Shown: positions 32,101 to 46,100 of the stretch, piece after piece
How positions within the stretch are numbered: the stretch's first letter is position 1
Layout: each line of letters opens with the position of its first letter
Assembly: GCA_905178155.1 (NCBI GenBank)
Contig: CAJINV010000004.1
Coordinates: 752,629-816,628 of the forward strand
DNA from: Amoebophrya sp. A120
Taxonomy: Eukaryota; Protista; Dinoflagellata
Direction: 5' to 3'
Length of the DNA stretch: 64,000 nt
Notes under the pieces: model-generated
The model's database searches: none
Seen by the model: the letters and a program-made list of their open reading frames with translations, nothing else
What the model was told of the DNA's origin: nothing
Translations under genes and position numbers: made by a program

Positions 32101-35100
32101 ATTGAGACGTCCTCATGGTTGTGCAGCCTGCATCAGAAGTTTTCCAACGACCCAGACATTGAATTTACAACACATACTGCGGGTGCTTCCGCAAAGTGTC
32201 CAGATCCACGGACAGTTCGAACACGTTGCAACTGGAAAATCCGAGTGTGATCCGGAACCTGCCCTCGTCCACACCGCCCTCGTCGCACCGGCCGATCGTG
32301 AGGAGCTGCCCCTGCAGCGGCGCGAACCGGTAACACACGACGCAGGCGGCGTTCATCGTGAGGGACGAGTCGGTGGTGCTAGAAGTCGTGGCGGCGCCGG
32401 GCTGAAGCTTGTTAGTAAGCGTAGTACTCGAAGAAGAATTGGTGTTACCACCGTAGTTGGTGTTAAGGTTCCTTTTGCTCGCTTTCCTCAGCTCCCTGGG
32501 CGATGCGGAGGACAACGCGGTCATGGTGGCGGTAGACGTAGTTGCTGCAGCTCCAGTTAATACTGATGTTCCGTTGATGACCTCTTTTGAAAAGGACGAT
32601 CCAACTGTAGTTGTTCCAGGTACAACAACCGAAACCGTTTCGCCGGGGCGGAAGACAAGACCGCTGGTGTCGGTCACAGACCTCTGCGAAATGATCGGCT
32701 GAAGCCGAGGTGGCTGCAGTTCTGATGTCGACGTCGTCGTGCACGTGCTGGCCGCTCCTGCATAATGAAAGGCACTGTTGGGTAAAGTCAAAACAGACTC
32801 GTCCGCGGTTTCGCTGGTGACTGAGTCAGTGACCTCTGCGCTTGCAGCACCGGGCCCTCCAAAAGGCAGAGGCGGTGGAACTCCTATTGTTGTAGGAGCA
32901 GACGTTGGCTCTCTACCACCTCCGTTTGTATGCGCCGCATGGTGAGAAACTACACCGCCTCTTCCAGGTCGTTCTTGTGCTTCTTGTAGTTCCACTGTAC
33001 TTCTAGAAGTAGTGCAGCTCTCCAAAAAATCTAGGTCCCAGATTCGCAAGTCCATCTTGCTGGAGCTCAACAAGTACCGATCGCGGAAGATGCGCAGGGC
33101 GAGGATGGGCGCTGCGTTGTGGCCCAGGATTCTGTACTGATTCTGATCCGGAGAAAAGTGGTCCTCCGTCGGTCCAGCCTGTTCATCAGCTTGATGCTTT
33201 ATGTTCTGTATGTCACGAGGACTACTGGTCCGCTGCTCGTGTGATGTAGTGTCTCTTTCGCTTTCCTCGTTCTTCTTGCCAGATATCAAATTCACCACGC
33301 GAATCGATCCGTCGAGACAGCCGGCAAGCAGGTACCGCTGGCGCCAAATCACGCAGTTACGAACACCGGTGGGCATCGCGAAGTACTTGGAACGGGAGAT
33401 GAGGTTTTTGTTTCTTGTTCGCTGTATCTGCAATTTTTCGTCTTGTGGGATGAACAGTGGTCGCGCCGGAGGTCTGGGGGAGGTAGAAAAAAAGTTCTGT
33501 TCTTGTGCCGAGGGGGAAAAAATAGTGGACGGGAAAGATGAACTACACCTGCCGGCGGTGTCGTTTGCAGCTCCTGGATGAATGAAGACGTCATTGTTTC
33601 CGTCCTCAATCTTGCGGACCTGCTGCTGCGTCGCTTGGTAGGTCTGTTGGCGAAAAACTTCCAGCAGCGCTTCGGCGTATAATCTTTGACTGTCGCTATC
33701 CCCGTGATTCGCAAGAACATCCGAGGCTGCCGTTTCTACATCCATAGGACGAGAAAGTGGAGGTCCTGCGTTCTTGACATCCTGCTGCGTTTTTGGCCAT
33801 GCGCTGGCTCCTTCCTCGTCCCCTGACAGTTGTGCGGGAGACAGTGCTGCATGTGATTTTGTTTGTTCTGAAGATGGACAACGCGAACGGTGGCTCTCGA
33901 CATGCTGCTCCGCACTATTGGCTACGGTCACGTGCTGTACGTCTTCCCCTGGTGACCTGTCTATGCTCATGTCCGGTCGTCGTGGCCGTTCTTCCTGGTC
34001 GTGTACCACGTCATCTCTGCTCCTGTGCGGAGGCATTTCTTGTCGGGATTGCCCCTGCATAGCGGCCAGCACGGCGCCGAGTCGGGCTGCTCGAAATAAA
34101 GGGGGCTGGGACAAATGATCAGGATCTTGATCTGGAGGCCACCTTTGCCTTGTTTGACATTGACGACTTCGCTGGTTTTCATTGTCCTCGTGTGGTGATC
34201 GTATTATCTTGTTGGCCCACCTTCCAGCATTGTCATCACGTGCTCCTGCTGTATGACCTCGAGTACCACGACCCTTCAGCTCCTGCATTGAACTCTGTTC
34301 TCCACACGAGGACACAGGCCTTTCCGCATCGTCCCCACTCAACGGCAGAAACAGCACGCTCTCGATCTGCCGCGCCTTCTCCTTGACGCAGAACAAAGTC
34401 GTAACCGCCACCAAGGTGTTGCTCGGCACCGGAATCCAGTCGTGGCGATCGGCGGACAGAGGCTCCGACGCGATGATGACCACCGACGGCCGGGCCTCCA
34501 TGTTGACCATGGAGAAGTCTTTCTGAAAGTTCTCGCCCAAATCATGGCCCCAGGACTTCTCCTGCTTCTGCGTGATCCGGCTCTTCGGCTTCTTCGGGCA
34601 CTGTTTCTTCGTCTCCTGCACCCAGTCTGACCCGGTGCACACGTACAGACTCGCGCCCTCGCCCCCCACGCCCGCCCGGGTGGCGAGCAGACACGTTCCG
34701 TGGCTGATCACAAAATTCAACAGCGAGGGCGCCTTCGGCCCGCAAACTGTGTTCAGCACGTCGATCGTCTGCTGCAGCGCGTCCGCCAGTTCGGCCGTGG
34801 AGAAAAGGTTCTTGGTTGATGTCGTGTTCTTCGTGGTCGTGCTTTCTTCGACGCAGCTTTGGTTTTTTCGTTTGGTATTTTTGCTCTTGGTGCTGCCGTG
34901 GTTGTAGCTTTGGTCGTCGACCATATCATCTTCCTCCTCATCTCCACTGGTTGTGGTCGTCCCTTGTTGTGCGGCGCCGTCGAGAGGAGCAGGAGGACAA
35001 CCACTATCAGCAGCCGAACGTCCACCACTCACCGTGGCTGCATAATCATTGCGGTCGAGAATGGTCAAAAAGAGGCCAAACGCGACGGCGGAGTCGATGC

Positions 35101-35881
35101 AGTTGTGCTCCAGGGCGACCTTAAATCCCTCCTCGGAAAGCATAGACATCAAGGTGCGACAGTGTTTGTCGAAGTCGCCCAGCATGCCGTTGTGCATGAA
35201 CAGGATCCCGCGGGCCTCGAAGGGGTGGCAGGCGTCGTCAGACACTGGTGACCCGGGTCCCGCCGCTCGGATGTGCGCGAACACGCACTTGCTGCTGACC
35301 TGCTCCGCGAGCCGAGACAGGTTCCGGTCGTTCCACGCGGGTTTCAAACTCGTAAACACGCACGGAATTTTCGTCGTCGGCTTGCTGCGGGCGGAGGCCG
35401 AGGACGTAGCTGTAGGCGGGTTCAGGTTGAGGTTTTTAGTACCGGCCACGTTCTTACTGCGGGTCTTTGTGCAGCTAGAAACAGGGTCTGCGTCAACATC
35501 CTCGGAGCTTTTTGGAGCTCCTCTTCCTGAACCTGATACTAGAGGGGGATATTCACGCTCTTGTTGAGTTCCAGAGTTTGATATTTTCTTGGTACTAGAC
35601 TCGGCCAGCACGCCATCATGACCTTCGACGTCCCTACTTGATACAACCGGCTCACACAGGAAGGGGTCACAGGGAAACTGCTCGTCCACATCTCTGTACC
35701 AGGCGATGCCGTATCCATCCCCGTTCAGAGTCGACTGCTGGTAACTCAAGCCGGGAATCCCGATGGGGTGCTGTCGCTCCTGCGCGGCGTACGACTGGCG
35801 AATCAGCGACATACGGGGCTTGGTCAAGATGTCCGCGATCAAAATCGGCTCGTTCGACCACATAGCGGCGAACCGACACAT
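29129..35881 (-). CDS. DUG3-like class II (Ntn) glutamine amidotransferase fused to WD40 repeats, ~2150 aa, one introner
   Basis: N-terminal MCRF, NGDGYGIAWY, FTSLKPAWNDRNL, VFAHIRAA, CHPF, LFMHNG, IIASEPLS. WD-like blades LLAGCLDGSIRV, GH...LLSSSKMDLRIWD, ALSVGGDGVLKV, FVTGDESGKIKLW, VAGRGDGSLELYD. The two ORFs join as KHPQ|RSNT. Confidence 0.88.
31888..32176. mobile_element. TIR introner, family B
   Basis: tatgaagtgcaaatagaatgtctgggtc / gacccagacattgaatttacaacacata; perfect TSD CTGCG. Confidence 0.92.
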
Positions 35882-36944
35882 TGTCTGGCTGGTCTTCTTG
35901 AGTAAAGACGTCTACGGGGCGGGCTACAAGCGACAAATATTAACGTAGGAGCGAAGTAGATACATCATTATTTATATACGTCGAAGTACTAGTAGAACCG
36001 AACAAAAAAAATGAGGCTCGGCTCCGCGATTATACTACGTTGAAAAGAAATGCGTGTAAAACAAGAGGAGCAAACAGGTCGTGGTCGTATGGAGGTGCTG
36101 GTAGTAATCACGTCATGACGACGAGCGCGACCACTGGGACCGGCGAGTGCGGTCCTAGTGATCCTCGAATAGGAATCACGTTACTCGAGGAATTTTCCAG
36201 GGCCGAGGGAGGACAAGACATTCGTTCAAGAAATCCTAATAATCTGAATGGGAATGCATAGTGACCGACGTTGGTGGGAAACGAAAAAAAAAATCGAAAT
36301 CAGGATTAGACATATAAAGAAACAGAGTATGGGTAGGGGTCGTAGAAAATGGACTTACAAAGAGGCCTGTGGATCGTGTTGGTGTGGATCGAACATAATT
36401 TTCAATCCGACACGGTCCTCTCGTTGTCGTTGTTTTACTTACTTCTTCTTCCTCAGCAAGTTCCTCGCCAGTCTTGTGTTTTTCTTGATTTTGGGTCGAG
36501 CAATCTCATGAAGATCAAAATGATCACAACTTTACAACAAAAAATTAAGAGGCTGATGGTGATGCTGAAGCTGATCTTTATCTAAATTTATTTGCTTGCA
36601 CAGCCGCGGCTGTCTTGTACCTTTTTAATCGTACTGGAACTGGAAGCGGAACTTGCCTGCAGATGATCATCGATCTTTGTTTGCGACGAGAGCAGTCGCA
36701 CTCGGACGATTCCAGGGCGTGCTGCAGATTTACGGCAGTGTAATGTGGTCTTGCTCCACCGACCACCTGCGGAATGCGCGAACTAACGACCATGCCCATG
36801 GTGAACATGGATAATACAACTTCTACTTGAGCTTCTACTTTTTTGGTATTCTAATTCTACTTCGTGTTCGTCTTCATTCTTCCATTAACAAATAAACCTC
36901 GGCCAAAAAAGCCGTCGTTTGCCGGAACGAAACTGAGATCATGT

Positions 36945-36980
36945 TTTGGTCGATCATTTGGTCGATCATTTGGTCGATCA
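36945..36980. repeat. 12-bp tandem repeat (tttggtcgatca)x3
   Basis: Three exact copies downstream of the NOV-like stop codon. Confidence 0.9.
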
Positions 36981-37145
36981 AAAAACCAACGGGAACGAGT
37001 TCCAAATCATCTAAAAGAATCGCTGATAGCTGTGTATTTTTCCGCGTCGATGCTGACAAGAAAACCGTCAAGACTATTGTCAGATCCTAGACACGACTTA
37101 ACATTTTTCAACAACAACTTTCTGTTTATTCCAAAAGAGCCCCTA

Positions 37146-40100
37146 CTACATCACCAGCCAGAGTCTGCCAAGCCCACAGCGATGCAGGTCGGCGAGCGGC
37201 GTTTTCACAATCTTCAGCGAGTGTGTCTCGTTGCCGACGTCCTCCACTCGGCAAAACCAGTACTTCGCCCCCAGGTAGAACGCCGTCACAACTTCGAGCG
37301 GCGAAATTTCAAATGCCTGCTTGCTCGCCTTGATGCTCGATTTCACCTCAACGAAGCGGAGGCGGCTCGACGTTGCGGCCCTCGCGGTCGCGGCTCCCGT
37401 GGTGGTGCCCGTTGTGGTCGTGCTGCCGAAGTATTCTTCCAAAACGCAGTGTGAAACCAAAAAACGCAGCACCTTCTAAGACTCAATACCAGACCTGCCA
37501 GGCATTTCATCTTAATCTTCACCTGGATATTAAAAAACATGCGACAGTTATTTCGATCATCTCAATTCTTAGAGGGATGCAGCATCAAAGCCGCCTCCTG
37601 CTTCTGTATTCTGCGGCACTACAAATTATGCAAATACAAGTACTAGTGAAGGAGAAGGAAGCAGGAGCTGGCTCAATCTTGAAAGGTTCCCCAAGTTTGT
37701 TGTACTGCAGAAAAGGCAGATCATGCAGGATGATAAACAACGATGATAATTAACAACGATGCTGACAAGCGAGGACCATCATCTGACGAGTTGTACCACT
37801 AGTATTCGAGACATGAATATTAATCTTAGAAGCTGCATGATATGTTTCTTTTCTTAACCTCTGCACTTCGGTGACCGCCGCCGTTGACCCATTTGTGGCG
37901 TAGTACTTCTTGTGGCAACTGGCGTACTTCGAGACGAAAGCTTTCATGAAAGTCTTGGAGAACGAAGGAGATGAAGATGTTGTTGACGCATTTATCATAA
38001 TTGTCGTGCTGTCCTTGGCTGCACCACCAGCGAGACCAGCCTCCACATCCATCTCGTTCTCGTACAACACCAGGTCAAACGGCAACCTGCTCTCTTCCTC
38101 CTCGTTGACCCATAACACCGAAAACTGGCCGGTCTTTTCAAAGAACTCTCGCGCTTGCTGCTTATCCTGAGGAAAAACGTCCCTGTCCCAGAGAGTAATT
38201 TGTGGTGCGCAAATCATGATGAGAGAGTGGATCTGTAATGCGTCCGGACCACTTAGCAGGCAGGACTGTACTAGAAACGTCCCCAAACTTGTCATGCACC
38301 AGCACCAAAACTTAATGTAAACTTGTCGATTTGTCTAGCAGATTCCCCATCTTGATAAGTCCGGAGCAGGTGGGAACGTTTTTACTGAGGATACTGCTCC
38401 CCGATTCTTCCCACGGTGTTGAGCAAATACCGCAAATTAGCATCCGGCGTAGCATATCCGGTGCAAAACTCTTTATCGTAGTCGTAGTACTAGCAAACAA
38501 TTATCGGAGCGCGATTTCATTTCTAGACCACATCGGCATGTTGACAAACGGGACTTTATTTGCTTTCGGAAGAACAAGAACTTCTTGTCAACATGCGACT
38601 ATTTACTCTCCTAGTACTAGTAGGTACTTCTAGACTACGATAGTGCTTTACAATGCGTACGTCAAACTCGTTCTCCGGCGCGGCAACGGCCAGCAGGTAG
38701 TCCAGGCAGTGCTGGTCACTTGTAGCCAGGTTTTCATGCAGCTCGACCATTTGTTTCATCCCTGGCTGCTGGGTGCCTACGCCTGATATGGTCATGTCCT
38801 CGTCCTTTGGATTCACCCCGCCAATTGCCTGCTGCTGCTCCAACAGTCGCTGCAACTTTTCCTCAATCGACCGTGCCGCCGCCTCGGGGTCGGCCTGGGT
38901 CACAAGATTAGCCAGATGCCGGGAAATGTTGGACGAAAGGTTTATTTTGTTCGACGTCTGGCGGTTGGGATTCGTATTCATCACGTTGTTGGCGGAGAAA
39001 GTAGGTGTGGCATTTTTGGATGTGGCCATCGCGCCAGAAACGCTGTTCGGCGTCATCTGAGGCTGTGCAACTGCTAAAGAGGAGGGGGCACCCGAAGAAG
39101 TAGAAGTAGTTCCGCCATTGACTTGCTCACCCCCTGATGTTGAAACTGCACTGTGCATCCTTTTCGCCCGCTCCAACAGGCGACGTGCCTCTGCGAATAC
39201 GGAATCGGTCGTGATGTCTTGCTGGCCACCAGCGCCGGCCCCCACGCGGCGGAGTAGAGAAGTCCCGTCGTGCTTGTTTCCAACCGCATTCGACGACGTC
39301 TGTTGCTTTACAACATCAACAACTTCAACTTCTTCTAGTCCGGGCGGCGGTTGCACTTGATGGGGATCGTGCTGTTCTTTCGCCGTTTGCTCCTTGCTGC
39401 GACTTGGCGGCGCAAACGAAGACGGGGCTCCACCTGGAGGATTTGCAGGTCCTCCTGCAAGCGGAGTACTAGACAACTGTGCTTTACTTTGCTCACTGTG
39501 CTCTTGTTCCTGTTCGGGAGAGTGGAAACAAAAGTCCTCTTGCTGATCTACTTGCCCCCGCACCTGATGTGGTCTTGAGGTCGGCGTGGTTCCACCGACA
39601 CCAGGAGTAGACCCGAGGGCATTCGCAATGTCGATCCCTCCCCCGGCCTCCGCCGCGATCTTGAACGGTAGCTCCCCCGAGGTGGCTTGAGCGGAGGCTA
39701 CTACTAGCTGCTGCAAAGCTTGCTGGGTTTGAAGCGTTCTTTCGATCAGAAGAGTGGTCGCGTCGGCCGACGTTTTGACGCCAGTTGCATGCTCCTGCAC
39801 AAGGATCGAGGCGGTGCTGGTGTGTTCTTGGTTCGGCGATGTCGTAGTTGATATTCCCGCAGGAGCATGACCCGTACCAGATAGAGCGCCACCCTCTTCT
39901 TCTGTCTCACCAGGCCCAACTCCACGAGAAGTGGAGCCCGCTTGCAGTTCCCCAGCTTTATCATCTCTCAATGCGGCGAGATCTGCCGCTGTGATTTTCA
40001 CCCCTGCAGCATCGAAAGCGGGAACGAAGAACGGATTTTTCTCTCCGCCCGCACCAGCTGCGCTCCGTGCGGCTAAAGTCGCAGACGTAGTTGCCCCCGA

Positions 40101-43100
40101 CAGCACGTTCATGTTGCCTAAAGCGCTGAATTCGCCCCGCGGATCGTGAATTTCATCCTGCTCGTCTTCTTCGCCCAAATTCTCCAGCTCCTCTGCTTGC
40201 TGCAGCAGTTGCTCGATTTTCTTTTGTTTCTGCAGCGCCGTCATGCGCTCCGCCGCGGCGCTCATTTCGTCCATCTGCAGTTTCGCCGCGAATTCCAGCT
40301 CGTCTGATAATTCAGCGTTCTTTTTTCCACCCGCGCGCAGTTCCCGTTCCGTTTCTTGCATTGCAAGTTCATTGTCCAGTCGCTTCTGCTCTTCGCGCTC
40401 TTGTTTCAGCTTCTGTTCCAACAGAGCCCGCTCTTGCTCCGCTTTTGCCCGTATCAAATGCAAAAGTGTCTGGGTCTGGGAGTCTCCGAGATTTGTCATG
40501 CAGTTTTTCCAAGCTCGCCCACGTCTGGAATGCAGGGCCTAGCATCACAGGTTCTGCAGTTCCGTGGTGATGCGTATTCTGCATGAGGAATGCCCTCTCA
40601 GCATGGCCAGAAGTGGGCACCTTTTGCACGTTTATGCATCACAAGTCTTTGTAGGATCCGAAACACGCATCGCAAGTTCGGATCCTTCCAGACCCAGTCT
40701 CAGACATTTTTACAGTTGATATCCCGTTCCTCTTCCTCTCTCGTGATTTTCGCAAACAGCGCCGACCAGTCGTCCGCGGCTGCGTCCGCACCTGGTGATA
40801 TTACGGGACCACCTCGCTCGTCCTTTCGTTCTGTTTGCTTTATTTGCTGCGATGGCCCTCCGCCAACTCCGGTCTCAGCTTCGTCATCAACCCCCGCGTC
40901 TTTACTGTCCTGATGTCCGTCCTCATCTACATCGCCCTCCTTGGCGAGGTCTTCTAGATACAGTTCCCAAAAGGCAAACCGTCGATCTGTGAGAACGTGC
41001 GGCGCCAGGTGGAATTCATTCGCTTCAGAAGTTTCTCGTCCACTTTTGGTTTCATTCTCTGGCAGCTTCAGTAGTTGTGTCGCTGATGTTCTAGTATTCT
41101 GCTGGAAGGTTTGCCTGCCGATCTTCTCCACGATGGCCTCCAGCTGGGGGAGCATTTGGTCAAACAGGTACTTGTTCGTCGTGGGTGGCAAGTTCACCGA
41201 CTGCCCGGGAAACTCGTTCGGAAGGACCCGGCGGACGTTCAGTAGAATTTTGTCGAAAGCGGCCAGGAAAGCCTTTTTTTGCTCTGCCAGAAGGCGTTGC
41301 TTGTAGTTGTATTCCATCAATTTCGTCGTGGTCGTACAGCTCTTGTTGAGATCGACGGGACTCGGACGGGAAGGTGACTCTTCACCGTCTCCTGAATCAT
41401 GGTGATCCTCAATTTCTTCAGCTCCTTTTCCTTGTCGACGAGGGTCGTTCTTTTTGTCTTTGCCTGTCATCATGTCTTGGAGCTCCAACGCAATGTCTAA
41501 GCCGACCTTCGTGAAAACGAAGTGAAACATCGTTTCGCAAGTCTCCGAGTTGAAAACCCCCTTCCAATTACGGGTAAAAATCACATCGATCGCCTTGTCG
41601 GTAAGGAAATGGGCGGCCGTGTGGTGGTCTACTCTTGCGCCGTCACCAGTAAAATCCTCTGCACTATGGTTTTCAGGACCCTCTTGATGAGGAGGATCAT
41701 TATACAAGTTTGCGCCCAAGCCGAGAAAGGGCTTGCCCTCTTTCTGGTCGAGTGGATGCTCCGTGTAATTCATGGGCACCGCAGCAAGAAGATTTTTAAA
41801 GGGCGTCGTTACTCCTGTGGAGGGTTGTACCCCAGCATCACCACCTGGTCTTCCCGCCCCGCTGCGGCCGCAAGAACCAACTCCACAGTGGCTCATGCTT
41901 TCGAACAGCTGCAGCGCTTCTGCCGGCGGTGGCTGGAGTGCAGCCGAGATCATGCGTTCCCTGGTTGATGTCCTCGTAGTTGCAACATGATAGTTGCTGT
42001 CAGGAGCTTCTAGTGCACCTTCAACATTAAGATCATTATCATGATCCCCGAATAGACTCCAACTTCCGTCTTGTAAGAACAGCGGGAGCATGTAACTAGC
42101 CTTTACACCGCCGGAGAAGTCGTTCTCTTCCGGGAAGGGATAGAGGTTATCTTGACCTCTTTCGAGAAGATGGGAAGTCGGTAAAAACGCCACCTGTTCG
42201 ATGTAAGCGCTGTAGTTGTACCCCCCGCTGCTAGATGTTGTGCCGACTTGAAGAAAATTGATGCTGTCCTGCACGCACTTCCACACGCGCTTCTGGAAAG
42301 AGGCTCTCAACGAAGCAGCATCTAGATCTACTTCTCCAAGCGCACCAGCGTGCTGTTTAGCCGCTTCTTCATCCGCAAGAAGGGCGTGGTCTTTTATTGC
42401 GTGGGGAACATCTGGCGTGACAGAAGTTTCATCTTCTTCATCCTCCTCGCCATTGCCACGCCTTACTGCACTGTCCGCTGCGAGGACAGTTGTACCCGCG
42501 ACGTCCAGTTGTGAAGAACCACCCGTCACATCGTCCGCCACAGTTCGTCCTGCCGCCAACCTACTTGCATCATCTTCGCAGATGAACAAGTTCTCCTGTG
42601 CGCACATGTGCGCCAGCGTTTGCTTCACCAATGCCAAGAACAGCAAGCGGACGTAGTGTGTTTCTACCCCCTGCATGAACAGGTTCCGGTGTAGAAGTTG
42701 CGGAGTGCTGTCTACGGGTTCTTCGGTGAGCTGGTGCTGGAGATCGTGGTCGTCCACCTGTTCGTTGCCTTGTTCTGCAACTACATAGCTTCCATCTTCA
42801 TCCTCTTCGTGCACCAGCCCCACGCGGTTCTTGTCGCGTTTCTTCTGCAAATTGATGCTGTGTTCCACATCATCTGCGACACCCTGGCTCTTGCTGCCTA
42901 TACTGCGTGTTCTCTTTCGCCTACGATGCTCGTCCTTCTCCCTCTCCTGCTCCTTCCGCTCCAATGCCTCAGGAAGCAAAATCCTCAGCCGCCCGAACCG
43001 CTGGACCGGCTTCAGGCCGAAGATCCACCACGCGTTGGGGACGGCGAGCGGGTTGAAGTTCGGGCTGGGCAGCACCTGCACAATAAAATTCGCCAACGGA

Positions 43101-46100
43101 GAATCACGTATCCTATGTAAAAGCATCCCCACCCCAGAGTTGTCATGCAGATTTGCAATGACAAGAACATTTGTGATGCGCATGTCGATGATGGGCAACA
43201 TTTCCAGTCGTGTTTTGGAACTTGTAATGCTGTAAACGGGATAAGCAGATGGATTTGTAATGCGGCTGTCCACACTAACCTGCAGTACAGTACGAACTGA
43301 AATTTGTCATGCGTGACCACCAAAACTTCTAGGTTTGTGTTGCAAAATCCCCATCTTGACTCTGTGGTGGGAACGTTTTTACTCAGGATATCACGGTCGA
43401 CGAAGTTGGGGTCTTGGAGATGGGGGAAGAGGTAGTTTTGCTGTGATGATTATCCAGGAAAAAACACCCATCCCCATCCAGTTTGTCATGCAAAACATGC
43501 ACCTAGAATACCAAGCCGCCACAAAGACCTTTTTTTTTGGCTCGGACCCCCCACCCGCCCCAGCGATCTCGGATGTGCGTGTGCCCAGTCATGCGCAAAA
43601 CCTAAAGATGAAGACATGACCAAAAAATACTTGAATGCTGCGGAGTCGCATGGAAAACAGAAAACTCCGAGCGGGCTACAACACATCCACACCCAAGAAC
43701 CTTGGAAATGTGGGGTCCCCGAAGTCCTGGAGGTGAGATGCGAGGGGGACGCCTAATAGCTAAAGCACTAAAAATAGCACCAAAGCAGAGGCACAGGGAA
43801 GCGGAGTAGTCAGTATGCAAAACATGCATAAAGTCCACTCTTTATCATGCAGAAAATGGATGGGGATGGGTGTTTTTTCCTGGATAACGATGAAAATCCT
43901 CCACCTTGTTGAAACATCATCGAGGGCCCACCTACAACGCTTGAACCTCCGTAATTGATCGTCATGGATGTCTGATGCCCGCCCATGGTCGGAACCACGA
44001 CCGCACGACCAGTTTGTGTGGCGAAAGGGTTCATCTTGCTACCTGTAGTTCCGCCGAACATGCTGGCTGCAGCATTATACCCCGCCGACCCGCCTTGCTG
44101 CTGCAAAAAGTTGCTCTGTCTTTCCTGATCCAACAAAGACGAGAAGCTGTAAGTCGTCCGCTCCCCCGTGTTGTAGTGCAGATTTTCGTACATTTTCTTA
44201 CTGATCAGCAGCGCGTGTTTCAGCGAGACAAATTGCCGACCACCGATTGTGGGGACAAATTTCACGGCGTGGCTCAAAACTTTCAAATAGTTCTGGAGCA
44301 ATGGCGTGGCAGCGAGGAGGAAGGCGTGGGAGTCCAAATCGGTTATGTCGGTCTCGTTTACTTGTTCCTCGCTCTTTCCACCGGAGTGGAGGGTGGTGGA
44401 GGAGCCCTCTTCATGCTGCCCAAAAATTGCTAATACCGCTTCAGATGTAGTCGGCGGGCCGCCACCTCCACCGCCATTTAGAAGGCCAATCATCATTTTC
44501 GCCGCCATGCCTCTCCTGAACCTCGCAACGACCCGCTGTTTCGCCTCTTCCTCCTCGAAATCTATCAGCCTGGCACTGTGACTGGTGACCTGCTTCGCAA
44601 TCAGCACCAGCCGCTGCAGGCGTTTGAGCTCCAATTGGTCTTGGTTTTCTTTCTCTTTCTCGCTGGTCGTGAGGTGGAGCGCAGCATCTTCTGTTGTGGG
44701 CAACGGGGGGCCCACCTCGTCGTCGGATACTGGAGAACTAGACGCTCCTACAGCTGCACGGCGAGCGTCATCGTGGTCCTCGGGTCGACGTTCCCGTATT
44801 TCTATTTCGTCGGACTCGGATCGCTGCTGCTTCTCACGACCAAGAGCATCAGCTACTTCATCCACGACATCAGAGCGATACCCCGTGTTAATACCATTTT
44901 GAAGCTCTTGGTCTTGAAGCTCCTTATTTTCAACATTTTCCCGCGAGGCCGCCACCGAAGGTGTAGTTTTCTCTATCAACGCCGCCAACTTTTCCTCTGC
45001 CTCCTCGCCGATCAAGCGAATCTCGGCGATAATGTGCTCGGAGAGTTGGTAAATGACACGCTCGATCATCACACTGGAATCCTTGTCAGCGGGAAGGAGA
45101 GCAGATGAAGATGTTGAAAGAGTGCCAGCAACAGACGTGTTCACCAGCGCATGAAAATTACGTTCCTTCTGCCGCAACTCGAACCGCAACCACTTCACAA
45201 TGTCTGTAACGCGGCCGAAACGAAGATTGCGGACAGTCTCGATAATTGCTCGTTCTTGTTGCAGTGTACTACTAGTCGTCCTCGTCGCGGTAGTGGAGCA
45301 GTAATAAAACCCGGTATCGTATTCCTCTTCATCCAAAATTGCGAGTGATCCGGGCGGCAAAGCAAGAGTCTGAATGTCCGTACCCGAGGTCTTCACTTTA
45401 CCGGACTGGTTTAGGTAGAAAACCAAGTTGGAAAAGGACACGAGCGTGTTCAGGAGGACAGGGGTGCAGGTGCTTCTGAATGATCGACGGTCTTCGAGAT
45501 CATGAACAGCGCCAGCAACGAGCTGGTGGCCTTCATTTTCATTTTCGTCGGCGTGGCTGGTTGTAGTTTCATCATTTTTATGACAGAGCACAAAGGAGCT
45601 CCCTGGTCCCCCACGGCTTTAGTCTTGAGAATGCATTTCCAGCAGGAGCACAAAAATGCACCCCAAAAAGAAAAACTAAGCAGTTTTTGCATCAGAAGTC
45701 GACGCCCGGACCGTGGTGCATTTTGCGCCACCAGAACCGGTCATGAAAACACGGTCAAATAAAAGCCGAGTCTCTAGTATCATGCACGTTGCACAACAAG
45801 AAGTGAGGTGACCAGTACGGGGGACCACGAGGAGCTGTTCCTGTGCACTCTCATAATTTCGACGCCTCTCCAGGTCGTATTCCTGCAGGGATTCCTTTAC
45901 CATTCCCATTTTGAGAAAGAAGTCGTGCAGCCTGGTCTGGCTCGGCCCTGGCAACCACCGCATTCCCGGCGGAAGCGCGGACAACGGGCCCCAGTAATAG
46001 TGCGACAAAATCCGGATCTGCCCGCAAAACAGCGCGATTTTGGAGATCAGGTCGGTGACATCTCGCGACCACGCGTCAAAAACCGCGGAAAGTTGCTGCG

